Source: Candidatus Levybacteria bacterium RIFCSPHIGHO2_02_FULL_40_18 (GTDB lineage: Bacteria; Patescibacteriota; Microgenomatia; Levybacterales; GWA1-39-11). Taken from it: DNA of 64,000 nucleotides. A program made the translations under genes and the position numbers. The notes beneath the pieces are model-generated. The model worked only from the letters and a program-made list of their open reading frames with translations, searched no databases and was not told the DNA's origin. Positions within the stretch are counted from its first letter, which is position 1; each line of letters opens with the position of its first letter. This document shows, piece after piece, positions 35,842-44,626 of the stretch. The DNA is taken from NCBI GenBank assembly GCA_001782235.1, contig MFOC01000007.1:251909-315908 (forward strand), written 5' to 3'.

Positions 35842-36942
35842 TTAAATTTCGATTATTTGTTTGGGGGATTTCGTGAGCCTTTCGAGTTTGTTCGATAATA
35901 AATAATCGTCTTCTATTCGGACGCCGCCAAAACCGGGGGTATAAATTCCGGGTTCGATTGTAAAGATCATATCTCGAACAAGTTTGCCTTTCGATTTTGG
36001 TGAAATTCTAGGCTCCTCGTGAACTTCAAGTCCGACTCCATGCCCAAGTCCGTGAGGAATCTGTTCGAAACCGTTCGAGACAATGTAAGCGTTCGCAATT
36101 TTGGCCACCTCGAGAGCTTTTATAGGGGACCTTTGGTGGTATGATCGATCATACCATTTTTTATTGATGCATTCGATTACTTTACGTTGGGCTGTTTGAA
36201 CACTTTCGTACATTTTGCGAGCCTTAGTCGATGCCCTTTTCGTGAGTAGAGTTCTTGTCATGTCAGAACAATAGCCATTTACTTTTGCTCCAAAATCTAA
36301 AAGGACGAACTGATCTTTATTCGTTAGTTTTTTATTCGAAGTCTTGTGATGGGGAATCGCAGAGTTTGGGCCAAATGCGACGATTGGATCAAACGCTAAT
36401 TCGCCTCCATCCTCTTTTATAAACTTCTCGATTTTCCATGCAATTTCTTTTTCGGTTACCCCTGTTTTTATAAGTTTTCGAACTACTTTGAACGTTTTAT
36501 CCGTTAATCGACAAGCTGCTTTAATATTTTTTATTTCTTCAGGATCTTTCACGGCTCTTAAGTTTTCTACAATTTGCTCGACCAAAACGAATTTCTTCCC
36601 GGTTTTATTTCTAAACTTTTTAAGCTCTGCTACGGTGAAGTTGTGTTCGATACCGACTTTTTTTGCCCTCGAAGCCTTAACCTTTTTGAATAGTTCGGTA
36701 TGCAAAAATACACGAACACCTTTCGGCAATTTAGTTCGAACTCCCTCAATATATCTTCCGTCAGTAAATAGCATTATGTTCGTTTCGGCTACAAACAAAT
36801 ATGCCTCCCGTTCTCGCCTTGAAAAAATCGAATAGCCGGTTAAATAGGCAATATTTACAGCACCCGAAATAAGCAGTCCATAAATCTTATTCGGATTTAA
36901 ACTTTTCTGAAGAACTTTCAAACGCTTTTCAAACATAGGCAC
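35842..36942 (-). CDS. Xaa-Pro aminopeptidase / M24B family metallopeptidase
   Basis: Metal ligand motifs DFGAKVNGYCSDMTRT, HGLGHGVGLEVHE and GVRIEDD. Creatinase-N-like N-terminal domain. Confidence 0.75.
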   Translation of the reverse strand: MPMFEKRLKVLQKSLNPNKIYGLLISGAVNIAYLTGYSIFSRREREAYLFVAETNIMLFTDGRYIEGVRTKLPKGVRVFLHTELFKKVKASRAKKVGIEHNFTVAELKKFRNKTGKKFVLVEQIVENLRAVKDPEEIKNIKAACRLTDKTFKVVRKLIKTGVTEKEIAWKIEKFIKEDGGELAFDPIVAFGPNSAIPHHKTSNKKLTNKDQFVLLDFGAKVNGYCSDMTRTLLTKRASTKARKMYESVQTAQRKVIECINKKWYDRSYHQRSPIKALEVAKIANAYIVSNGFEQIPHGLGHGVGLEVHEEPRISPKSKGKLVRDMIFTIEPGIYTPGFGGVRIEDDYLLSNKLERLTKSPKQIIEI

Positions 36943-36944
36943 GA

Positions 36945-37514
36945 TTATAGCATTTTACCCTGAACGAGAGTAGGTTTTGAAAATGTAGCCCAAACTGGTC
37001 CCATTGGATCTTGGGGAAGTATAACATCTGCTTCTTCGATGTTAACGAACCCAAATCGTGCATAGGTTCTTCCAGGCCATGTTGATCTTGCCGCGCCTAC
37101 AATATCATGGCTTATATTATAAGTTTGGAAAAATTGTTTGTAATTGTCAGAAGGTTGTTCCCATATATCTACTATGGAGGTAACGTGTTTTCTCATTTCT
37201 TCTAAATACATTAACGCAAATCCTACAAATTCTGCTGCAAACATATCCGGGTGACGTTGTCGGTCATTAAGTCTTCGAGTAATTAATACAAACTCTGCAA
37301 CCCCTTCATCTACGGCTGCTCCCATTACAAAAGTTTCATCACCATGATCGGTAATTGAAATGGAACTGTCATCAAAGAGATACTCCATTCTTCTCCCAGA
37401 TTCTGCAGTGAACTCGCCTGATTTCTTTCCTCCCAATGATAGCTCGAGCAATTGAGCAAATGGAATTCCTTTTTCACCAGCAACAAAGGGGTAAGTAACC
37501 ATTTCAACAGCCAT
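36945..37514 (-). CDS. hypothetical protein (possible GNAT-like fold, unverified)
   Basis: 189-aa ORF co-directional and contiguous with the M24 peptidase gene. No confident motif. Confidence 0.4.
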   Translation of the reverse strand: MAVEMVTYPFVAGEKGIPFAQLLELSLGGKKSGEFTAESGRRMEYLFDDSSISITDHGDETFVMGAAVDEGVAEFVLITRRLNDRQRHPDMFAAEFVGFALMYLEEMRKHVTSIVDIWEQPSDNYKQFFQTYNISHDIVGAARSTWPGRTYARFGFVNIEEADVILPQDPMGPVWATFSKPTLVQGKML

Positions 37515-37578
37515 AGGCGGATTATAGCTGTTCGATAGGACTTAGGGCAAGCATAGGATTGCAGGAGGAGTGTTTTTT

Positions 37579-37587
37579 TGGTAAAAT
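37579..37587 (+). promoter_or_regulatory. extended -10 TGG-TAAAAT upstream of fusA
   Basis: Recurring motif, with a ~45-nt leader to the likely start. Confidence 0.4.
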
Positions 37588-37632
37588 AGCTTGATCTGTT
37601 GGAAAGGCAGCAGATTTTTTTTGACCAAAATT

Positions 37633-39744
37633 ATGGCCTTACAAGATAGAAATGTACCGTTAGATAAGATTCGCAATATTGGAATTATTGCGCATATTGA
37701 TGCCGGGAAGACAACCACAACAGAGAGAATTCTTTATTACACCGGTAAAACCTATAAAATCGGCGAGGTTCATGAGGGCGCTGCGGTTATGGACTGGATG
37801 GACCAGGAGCGCGAGCGTGGAATCACTATTGTATCCGCTGCCACAACCACATTTTGGAAAGATGTCAGGATAAACATCATTGACACGCCCGGCCACGTTG
37901 ATTTTACCGCCGAGGTTGAAAGGTCACTTCGAGTTCTTGACGGAGCGGTTACTGTCCTTGACGCTGAGGAAGGAGTTCAATCTCAATCTGAGACTGTTTG
38001 GAGACAGGCGGATAAGTATAAGGTTCCAAGAATTTGCTTCATCAATAAAATGGATAAGCTTGGTGCGGACTTTGAGAAAACAGTCCAATCAATTATTGAT
38101 AAATTGGGTGCGAATCCTGTTGTTATAGGATTTCCAATTGGACGCGAACAAGACTTCAAAGGAATTTATCATTTACTTGAACAAAAGTCATATATTTGGT
38201 CAGGCGAGGAGCTTGGCGCAAAGTTTGAAGTAAAAGATGAGATCCCGGCCGGGATGGAAGAAACAATTAAGAAATATCGAGAGCAATTGGTTGAAAAAAT
38301 TGCTGAGACAGATGATAAATTACTCGAAAAATATCTTAACGGACAAGAAATCTCAAATGACGAATTGAAAGCAGCTCTTCGAGCCGCTGTTATTACGTAT
38401 AAAGTTGTTCCTATTTTTGCCGGGTCTTCACTCAGAAATAAAGGAGTTCAGCCACTCCTTGATGCTGCTGTTGATTATCTTCCATCACCTCTTGATTTAA
38501 AAGAAGTGAAAGGCGTAAATCCAAAAACAAATGCTGAGGAAATTCGTCAGTTAACACCAGAGGAATCATTTACAGGGTTTGCCTTTAAAGTTCAAATTGA
38601 TCCTCACGTTGGGAAACTGACATATGTTCGAATTTATTCAGGGAAAATGGCCTCCGGTTCTTACGCATACAATTCTAGCAAGGAGATAAAAGAGCGTGTC
38701 GGCCGACTTTTACTCATGCACGCAAACAATCGCGAGGAAGTTAAAGAGGCGTTTGCCGGAGAGATAGTTGCCATTGTTGGACTAAAAGACACTTCAACCG
38801 GAGACACGATTTGTGACGAATCAAAACCAATTCTGCTTGAAAAGATAATCTTTCCAGAACCGGTTATATCGCTTGCTATTGAACCAAAAACAAAGAGCGA
38901 TCAAGAAAAACTTGGACTTGCCTTGAAAAAACTTATGGATGAGGATCCAACATTTTCTGTAAAAACGGATCATGAGACCGGACAAACCATTATTTCCGGT
39001 GTAGGAGAGCTCCAGCTTGAAGTGAAAGTTGAGACAATGAAGCGGGAATTCGGAGTTCAGGCAAATGTAGGAGCACCGCAGGTTGCCTACAAAGAAACTA
39101 TCGAACAAGAAGGACAAGGTGAAGGAAAATACATTCGTCAAACTGGAGGCCGCGGTCAATACGGTCACTGTTTCTTAAGAGCCGAACCTCTAGGTCGAGG
39201 TGAGGGAATTGAGTTTGTCAACGCAATCAAAGGAGGAGCAATCCCCCAAGAATTTATTCCATCGGTTGAAAAGGGAACGCGGGAGGCTATGGACAATGGA
39301 GTTTTACTCGGATACCCGGTCACAGATATCAAGGTAACTCTTTATGACGGAACGTTTCATGAAGTCGACTCTTCAGACATAGCATTTAAGATCGCAGGTT
39401 CCATGGCATTTCAGGCTGCCGCCAAAAAAGCAAAATTAAAATTACTTGAGCCTATTATGAAAGTTGAGGTTACAACCCCGGAAGAATTTATGGGAACTGT
39501 AATTGGAGATCTCTCGTCAAAAAGAGCACAAATCGTTGGATCAAGCGAGCGTGGAAATGTTCGAATAATCTTAGCAAATGTTCCACTAGCCGAGCTTTCT
39601 GGATACGCAACAACCCTTCGCTCATTAACCCAGGGTCGGGCAATCCCCTATGTTGAACCAAGCCACTACGAAGAAGTTCCTCAAAATATAGTCCAGGCAA
39701 TGCTCGCCAAAAGTACATTTACCGGCCGCATCACCGCCCAATAA
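37633..39744 (+). CDS. fusA: elongation factor G
   Basis: [17 protein letters not shown] and other EF-G domains. Start set at MALQDRN. The track start at 37591 is an over-extension. Confidence 0.95.
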   Translation: MALQDRNVPLDKIRNIGIIAHIDAGKTTTTERILYYTGKTYKIGEVHEGAAVMDWMDQERERGITIVSAATTTFWKDVRINIIDTPGHVDFTAEVERSLRVLDGAVTVLDAEEGVQSQSETVWRQADKYKVPRICFINKMDKLGADFEKTVQSIIDKLGANPVVIGFPIGREQDFKGIYHLLEQKSYIWSGEELGAKFEVKDEIPAGMEETIKKYREQLVEKIAETDDKLLEKYLNGQEISNDELKAALRAAVITYKVVPIFAGSSLRNKGVQPLLDAAVDYLPSPLDLKEVKGVNPKTNAEEIRQLTPEESFTGFAFKVQIDPHVGKLTYVRIYSGKMASGSYAYNSSKEIKERVGRLLLMHANNREEVKEAFAGEIVAIVGLKDTSTGDTICDESKPILLEKIIFPEPVISLAIEPKTKSDQEKLGLALKKLMDEDPTFSVKTDHETGQTIISGVGELQLEVKVETMKREFGVQANVGAPQVAYKETIEQEGQGEGKYIRQTGGRGQYGHCFLRAEPLGRGEGIEFVNAIKGGAIPQEFIPSVEKGTREAMDNGVLLGYPVTDIKVTLYDGTFHEVDSSDIAFKIAGSMAFQAAAKKAKLKLLEPIMKVEVTTPEEFMGTVIGDLSSKRAQIVGSSERGNVRIILANVPLAELSGYATTLRSLTQGRAIPYVEPSHYEEVPQNIVQAMLAKSTFTGRITAQ

Positions 39745-39850
39745 TTTTCTTTGTACTTTTGCGCCGCCAAAAGTACCAAAATCTCTCGCCATGTCTCGTC
39801 TCATGCTTTAAATGTTTGAGTTTGTGTCGGCACCCACCGCTGTCTTCGGG

Positions 39851-39896
39851 CTTCGCCCTTGCAGCCGGGCTCCCTCACTTTGTTCAGTCCGCCCCC
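39851..39896. repeat. GC-rich intergenic repeat copy 2
   Basis: CTTCGCCCTTGCAGCCGGGCTCCCTCACTTTGTTCAGTCCGCCCCC. About 85% identical to 26358-26401. Confidence 0.6.
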
Positions 39897-40004
39897 TGAC
39901 GCACTCACTCAACTTCTCATCCACTCAGCGTTCGAAATGGCGAAATTTAAGAAGCGCCGAATCACCGCCCAGTAAAATTTCCCAAAGTGTGGTAAAATAA
40001 GGGC

Positions 40005-40211
40005 ATGACAAAGATAGTTACTGATCCAAAAATCATGCTTGGGAAACCAACTATCGAAGGTACGCGAATTACTGTTGAACAAGTATTGAGACTTCTATCT
40101 CAAAAATTAACTGTGGATGAAATTATAGATGATTTTCCTCAACTTAAAGAAGCTGATATTCGAACAGCTGTAGATTATGCTGCCAAAATGGTCGCTAAGC
40201 CACAGATATAA
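40005..40211 (+). CDS. DUF433-family putative antitoxin
   Basis: 68 aa with the PTIEGTRITVEQVL..DEIIDDFPQL pattern of DUF433. Preceded by TGG-TAAAAT (39990-39998). Confidence 0.55.
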   Translation: MTKIVTDPKIMLGKPTIEGTRITVEQVLRLLSQKLTVDEIIDDFPQLKEADIRTAVDYAAKMVAKPQI

Positions 40212-40219
40212 ATCCTCGA

Positions 40220-40570
40220 ATGAAGTTTATAGCGGATGAAAACCTCGGAATACGAGTCCCAAAGTATTTAAAAAGTTTAGGTTTCGATATTGTTGCCGTT
40301 AAAGAAATTGCACAGGGTAGACTTGATGCTGATATTCTAGATATAGCGAATAAAGAGCAGAGGATTCTTATTACGCTTGACAAAGATTTCGGCGAGCTAG
40401 TTTTTAAACAAAAATTAATTCATTCAGGTGTAATCCTGCTTCGATTAAAAGATGAATCAGTTGAAAACAAAGAGAAAGTATTACTCAGGGAATTAAAATC
40501 GAAAAAGAAATTCGAAAATAAATTTACAGTAATTTCAGACCCTAAGAAGGGCCGCATAACCTCCCAATAA
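40220..40570 (+). CDS. DUF5615-family (PIN-like) putative toxin
   Basis: 116 aa starting MKFIADENL, the typical DUF5615 N-terminus. Lies 8 nt after the DUF433 gene. Confidence 0.5.
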   Translation: MKFIADENLGIRVPKYLKSLGFDIVAVKEIAQGRLDADILDIANKEQRILITLDKDFGELVFKQKLIHSGVILLRLKDESVENKEKVLLRELKSKKKFENKFTVISDPKKGRITSQ

Positions 40571-40575
40571 AACAG

Positions 40576-41076
40576 CTACGTTCCAAAAGGGACGGTTGCG
40601 ACATATTTCCATTCGCTAGGGGCACCAGTAGTTTGAGTTATTAGAAACTTGTCTATGACAAATGAGGTAGAAGGAATCATTAAGGTGGAAGCTGCTTTTC
40701 CGCGAGTAAGCATATCATGATCTCCATATAACAAACTCATATGGGGCATGAATACGTTGTTCTCCATATCAAATAATTTTTTAGCGTCAATATTTAACTG
40801 CATCAGTTTGGCAGTTGAATTTATTCTTACAAAAACTGATTGAAAGTATGTTGTACTGAAAGAAACCGGTCCGAGACTTAGTTCCAGTTTGCTTAAACCT
40901 GTAGCTAGTTTTTTAACCTTTTGTTCCAGTTCCGATAGATCTGCTTCTATTTCTCCCAATAAAGTCATATGAGGGTCAAACTGGGGTCCTTGATACCTTT
41001 TAGATAATTGATCAATCGTGGCTTTTATTTGATAATAAATCGGATCAGGCGGAATAGTCCAAATACTATATTTCAT
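40576..41076 (-). CDS. 2H phosphoesterase superfamily protein (LigT/cyclic phosphodiesterase-like)
   Basis: Two H-x-[TS]-x motifs (PHMTLL, PHMSLL) about 85 aa apart. Start chosen at MKYSIW, with TATAAT 7 nt upstream on the minus strand. Confidence 0.5.
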   Translation of the reverse strand: MKYSIWTIPPDPIYYQIKATIDQLSKRYQGPQFDPHMTLLGEIEADLSELEQKVKKLATGLSKLELSLGPVSFSTTYFQSVFVRINSTAKLMQLNIDAKKLFDMENNVFMPHMSLLYGDHDMLTRGKAASTLMIPSTSFVIDKFLITQTTGAPSEWKYVATVPFGT

Positions 41077-41162
41077 ATGATAATTATAATAAACAACAAT
41101 AAAATTTCGCAACTAAACAGACGGCATTGACATTCAGAAAACTTTTGTTCTAAACTGGTTGT

Positions 41163-41498
41163 ATGATAAGCATGAGGAGGAATCAGGAGCTTTTTTGGCT
41201 GCTTGAGATTCTTCTATTAACACCGGTAGCTTTGTTTTGGATGGGAGTGGTTTCCCTGATGCTTGGCTCAGGCGATCTTTTCAACGCGGTAGTTGGACAA
41301 CCGTACTCAATGCTTAAGGCCGCTCTCGTAACGCTTATATGTCCGGCGGCCGCAGCTTGGTTTGCAATTGAATATTTGCGAGAAAATAAGCGAGAAAAAG
41401 GCTCGGCGCACGATATTGCAACAGCAATTATTGGTGTAAGTCTTGCAACAATTGGTTTTGTTCTTGTCTACCTTTTTGTCGAAAATAGACCCCGCTAG
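41163..41498 (+). CDS. small polytopic membrane protein
   Basis: 111 aa with 3 predicted TM helices. Confidence 0.4.
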   Translation: MISMRRNQELFWLLEILLLTPVALFWMGVVSLMLGSGDLFNAVVGQPYSMLKAALVTLICPAAAAWFAIEYLRENKREKGSAHDIATAIIGVSLATIGFVLVYLFVENRPR

Positions 41499-41557
41499 CC
41501 CTTCGCACAAATCCTAAGCACTAAATCCTAAATTCTAAATAATATATCAATATATAT

Positions 41558-41640
41558 TTAGAAAATAGTTATTGGAAAATGGAAATTAGTAATGGAAATA
41601 TGGAAAATAGAAAATAGTTAAAATAAAAATACCAATTTCT
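41558..41640. repeat. MITE-like element copy C (left arm plus truncated right arm)
   Basis: TTAGAAAATAGTTATTGGAAAATGGAAATTAGTAATGGAAA...CCAATTTCT. Confidence 0.55.
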
Positions 41641-41676
41641 TATTGACAGAATTTTGGTATTCGAATAAAGGATTTG

Positions 41677-41685
41677 TGTTAAAAT
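41677..41685 (+). promoter_or_regulatory. extended -10 TGT-TAAAAT 9 nt upstream of the murB ATG
   Basis: Recurring motif. Implies a near-leaderless mRNA. Confidence 0.45.
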
Positions 41686-41694
41686 CAGAGCGTT

Positions 41695-42654
41695 ATGAAG
41701 GTTTATGCTGATTTTGAGATTCGAAACGAACTTTGGTACAAGATTGGAGGAAAAGTACGATATCTTATCGATGTTGAAAGTAAAGAAGACATTAAGAAGG
41801 CATTCGAGTTATTAAAAAAGGAGAAAATCAAAAAATTCTTTTTTTTGGGCTTAGGTTCAAATTTGATATTTAAAGATGAGTATTTTGCCGGGGCAGTAAT
41901 TCGTTTTTTGCCAAGCTCAAATCCGATTCGCCTGATTCGTCCACATATTATAGAAGCTGATGCAGGGGTAGTATTGGATGATGTCATAAATTTTGCATTT
42001 GACCATAACCTTGTTGGCCTTGAGTGGGCAGGAGGATTGCCCGGGCAGGTAGGCGCTGCCATTCGCGGAAATGTTGGGGCTTTTGGTAGTGAAATAAAAG
42101 ATAGCGTAAAGGAAGCGGAGGTTTTTGAGATCATAAATAATAAACCAAGATTTAAGGTCTTGCGACGATTTGAATTGCAATTCTCATACAGAAATTCGAT
42201 TGTCAAAAAAAAGAAGCTTGGGGTGATAAACGCACAATTTAGGTTGACTTCGGCAGATCAGGGGGTCGTAAACCGTGCGCGGCAAACCTACCTTAACAAT
42301 ATTGAATATCGAAAAATTCGCCATCCCCTCGAGTACCCAAACTGCGGCAGTATATTTAAAAATATAAGCGATCCTGCCCATATTCAAAAAATTCTTGAGG
42401 TCTATCCTGATCTTGAAGAGAAAATCATAAGAGAATGGCATGGCAAAGTAGCCATGGGTTACTTAATAAAGAGACTTGATCTCTCAGGATATCGTGTCGG
42501 AGATGCGCTTGTGTCTCCAAAGCACTGCAATTTTATCGTGAATCTTGGCAGCGCAAAAGCATCAGATGTTCTATCAATTATTAAATTAATCCAAAATAAG
42601 TTTGCGGAGACATTCGATTTTGTTCCAGAGGTAGAGGTTGAAATCATCCAATAG
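41695..42654 (+). CDS. murB: UDP-N-acetylenolpyruvoylglucosamine reductase
   Basis: FAD-binding LGLGSNL motif and a MurB C-terminal domain. Confidence 0.75.
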   Translation: MKVYADFEIRNELWYKIGGKVRYLIDVESKEDIKKAFELLKKEKIKKFFFLGLGSNLIFKDEYFAGAVIRFLPSSNPIRLIRPHIIEADAGVVLDDVINFAFDHNLVGLEWAGGLPGQVGAAIRGNVGAFGSEIKDSVKEAEVFEIINNKPRFKVLRRFELQFSYRNSIVKKKKLGVINAQFRLTSADQGVVNRARQTYLNNIEYRKIRHPLEYPNCGSIFKNISDPAHIQKILEVYPDLEEKIIREWHGKVAMGYLIKRLDLSGYRVGDALVSPKHCNFIVNLGSAKASDVLSIIKLIQNKFAETFDFVPEVEVEIIQ

Positions 42655-42655
42655 A

Positions 42656-43270
42656 CTACTCTTTTCCGATTGTGACCACTGTATCGGCGCTGTTTGACTC
42701 CGAAAGATCAGCGGATGTTGTGCCAATAGTATAATTTGAGGAGAGGTCCTTTTTTATCAGATCTAAAAATTTCGAGCTCGCGCTTTTTATCTGAATTGTA
42801 GTTTTTGCGTAATCAAAATTATCTGCGTTTCCAACTTGAACAACGTTATATCCAAGTCCTTCAAGTAGATCCGATGCCTTTTTACCTACGCCCGCTGCCC
42901 CGCTTCCATTTAATACTTGTATCGAGAGCTTGCTTCTGTCAAGACCGGTACTTTTATCAATTGGATTGACTGTGGGTTTTGGAGTAGGCGTGTTTGTGGG
43001 TTTTTTGGTTGGAGATGTTTGCGGTTCCTCTGTTGGAGCCGGTTCTTCGGTTGGAATTGCTTCAATTGTTGGTGCCGGGGTAGGGGTGGGTTCGGTCTTA
43101 CTTGCTCCCCCAAAAAACCTAGTTACTCCAAAAATTACAAGCCCTAAAACAACAATTAAAATAATGATAGTAGCGTACCTTTTAAGATTGGTGTTCGATC
43201 TTGGGCGATTAATGCGACTCTCAAATTCACGTGGCGCTTGGAAAACTTCTTCCTTTTGCTCCTCTTCCAT
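42656..43270 (-). CDS. LytR_C domain membrane protein with Pro/Thr-rich linker
   Basis: TM helix, PTPTPAP linker and a C-terminal LytR_C-like domain (LSIQVLNGSGAAGVGKKASDLLEGLGYNV). Start chosen at MEEEQ. Confidence 0.5.
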   Translation of the reverse strand: MEEEQKEEVFQAPREFESRINRPRSNTNLKRYATIIILIVVLGLVIFGVTRFFGGASKTEPTPTPAPTIEAIPTEEPAPTEEPQTSPTKKPTNTPTPKPTVNPIDKSTGLDRSKLSIQVLNGSGAAGVGKKASDLLEGLGYNVVQVGNADNFDYAKTTIQIKSASSKFLDLIKKDLSSNYTIGTTSADLSESNSADTVVTIGKE

Positions 43271-43417
43271 TGCCAATATAATAGCACTAAATTTCGATTT
43301 TGCAAGTGTTAACTTGCTAAATTCGCTCGGGGTCCTACCACTTCGCAGTTTCCGCACGTTGAAAGTGACGCTCAGCTTCCTCAAGTGGTTATACAATCTT
43401 TATCCCCAGTCTTCGCT

Positions 43418-43484
43418 AAGTGAACGCAAGCATATAAAGTCCTCTAATTCAAAAGTTTATTCTAAGCTTGCGTTCAATTCACTT
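43418..43484. repeat. long imperfect hairpin between the convergently arranged minus-strand genes
   Basis: TAAGTGAACGCAAGC followed by a 34-nt loop and GCTTGCGTTCAATTCACTT. Confidence 0.4.
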
Positions 43485-43517
43485 TCAAGTGGAAAACCGC
43501 TCCGTGGTGCCCCCCCA

Positions 43518-43904
43518 TTAATTACTGGCTCGGACCTGGACTAATTGGAAGAAGTTGCCGTCCGGATCAACAAATGTCGCAATAAGACCATATCCCTCAA
43601 TATGGTAAATGTCTTGTTGAACCTTGACCTTTGCTCTTTTTAACCTTTTTGCCTCTTTTTCAATGTCGTCAACTTCAAAATTTATAATCATTCGTTCAGG
43701 ATTTTTATTTTTACCCTTAACTTTCGAATGATCGTTTATATAAAAGCCTGACCCTCCTTTTAATGCAAATTCGTAGCCTTTTTCTCCTTCTTCCCCATAT
43801 TCAAATTCCATGGTTTGTTCGAGTCCTACAACCTCTCTATAGAACTTTGCCAGTTTAGTAGCGTTAGCGCTTCCTAATAATACACTCTCTATTCCTTTTA
43901 TCAT
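43518..43904 (-). CDS. glyoxalase/bleomycin-resistance (VOC) family protein
   Basis: 128 aa with a beta-alpha-beta-beta-beta pattern and conserved VDPDGN near the C-terminus. Confidence 0.5.
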   Translation of the reverse strand: MIKGIESVLLGSANATKLAKFYREVVGLEQTMEFEYGEEGEKGYEFALKGGSGFYINDHSKVKGKNKNPERMIINFEVDDIEKEAKRLKRAKVKVQQDIYHIEGYGLIATFVDPDGNFFQLVQVRASN

Positions 43905-43965
43905 TATTTATCACCACCTTGCTTGTAAGTGATAGTTTAAGTATGTAGAATAATACTACTCACTT

Positions 43966-44478
43966 ATGAATAAAACAATACTCATTTTAATAACTGTTTT
44001 TGTAGTTGGGGGGATAGGTGCTTTCTTACTTTTGAATTCGAATCGAACATCAAATGAGTTGAAAAGCCAAAACAAATCTTTAGAGACCTCAAGAAAAATT
44101 GAGGGATACCAGGGGAATGTTTTGGCAGGCAATGTTTCGCCCTTTTTAGAATTTAATAAAGCTGACTACGAAAGGGCAAAATCACAAGGCAAGATTATTC
44201 TGCTAGATTTTTATGCTAATTGGTGCCCTGTCTGCCGGGCTGAGGAACCCGCGATACATTCAGGTTTCGATGAATTAAATGATCCAAACATTGTTGGTTT
44301 TCGAGTTAGCTTTAATGATTCGGATACCGATTCAGATGAAAAAGCTTTGGCACAAGAATTCAATATTCCTTATCAACATACAAAAGTAATACTTAAAAAT
44401 GGCGTCGAAGTATCCCGTTCAAATGAACAGTGGACAAAAGAAGACCTAATTGGAGCTGTCAATAAAGAACTCGAGTAG
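43966..44478 (+). CDS. membrane-anchored thioredoxin-like protein
   Basis: N-terminal TM helix and WCPVC active site. Confidence 0.6.
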   Translation: MNKTILILITVFVVGGIGAFLLLNSNRTSNELKSQNKSLETSRKIEGYQGNVLAGNVSPFLEFNKADYERAKSQGKIILLDFYANWCPVCRAEEPAIHSGFDELNDPNIVGFRVSFNDSDTDSDEKALAQEFNIPYQHTKVILKNGVEVSRSNEQWTKEDLIGAVNKELE

Positions 44479-44490
44479 TATGAAAATTTT

Positions 44491-44620
44491 TTAGAAAATA
44501 GTTATTAGAGAATGGAAATTAGTAATGGAAATTTGAAAATAGAAAATAGATAAAAACACCAATTTCTAATATCTAATTTCTATTACCATTTTCTTACTTC
44601 TTACAACCATTTTCTATTTT
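44491..44620. repeat. MITE-like element copy D, ending 6 nt before the next ATG
   Basis: Both arms present. Confidence 0.6.
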
Positions 44621-44626
44621 TAACTT

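Noticed and set aside
39800-39960. GC-rich islands (26330-26415, 39800-39960, 13170-13300) considered as tRNA, tmRNA or SRP RNA genes
   Set aside because: No cloverleaf, no GTTCRANYC T-loop, no CCA-proximal acceptor pairing and no recognisable conserved ncRNA motifs could be found by eye. They are kept only as repeat or structure candidates.
42930-43544. 204-aa plus-strand ORF overlapping the LytR_C gene
   Set aside because: It is the antisense reading of the Pro/Thr-rich linker, which gives a G/V-rich artefact. The minus-strand gene has a recognisable domain and promoter.
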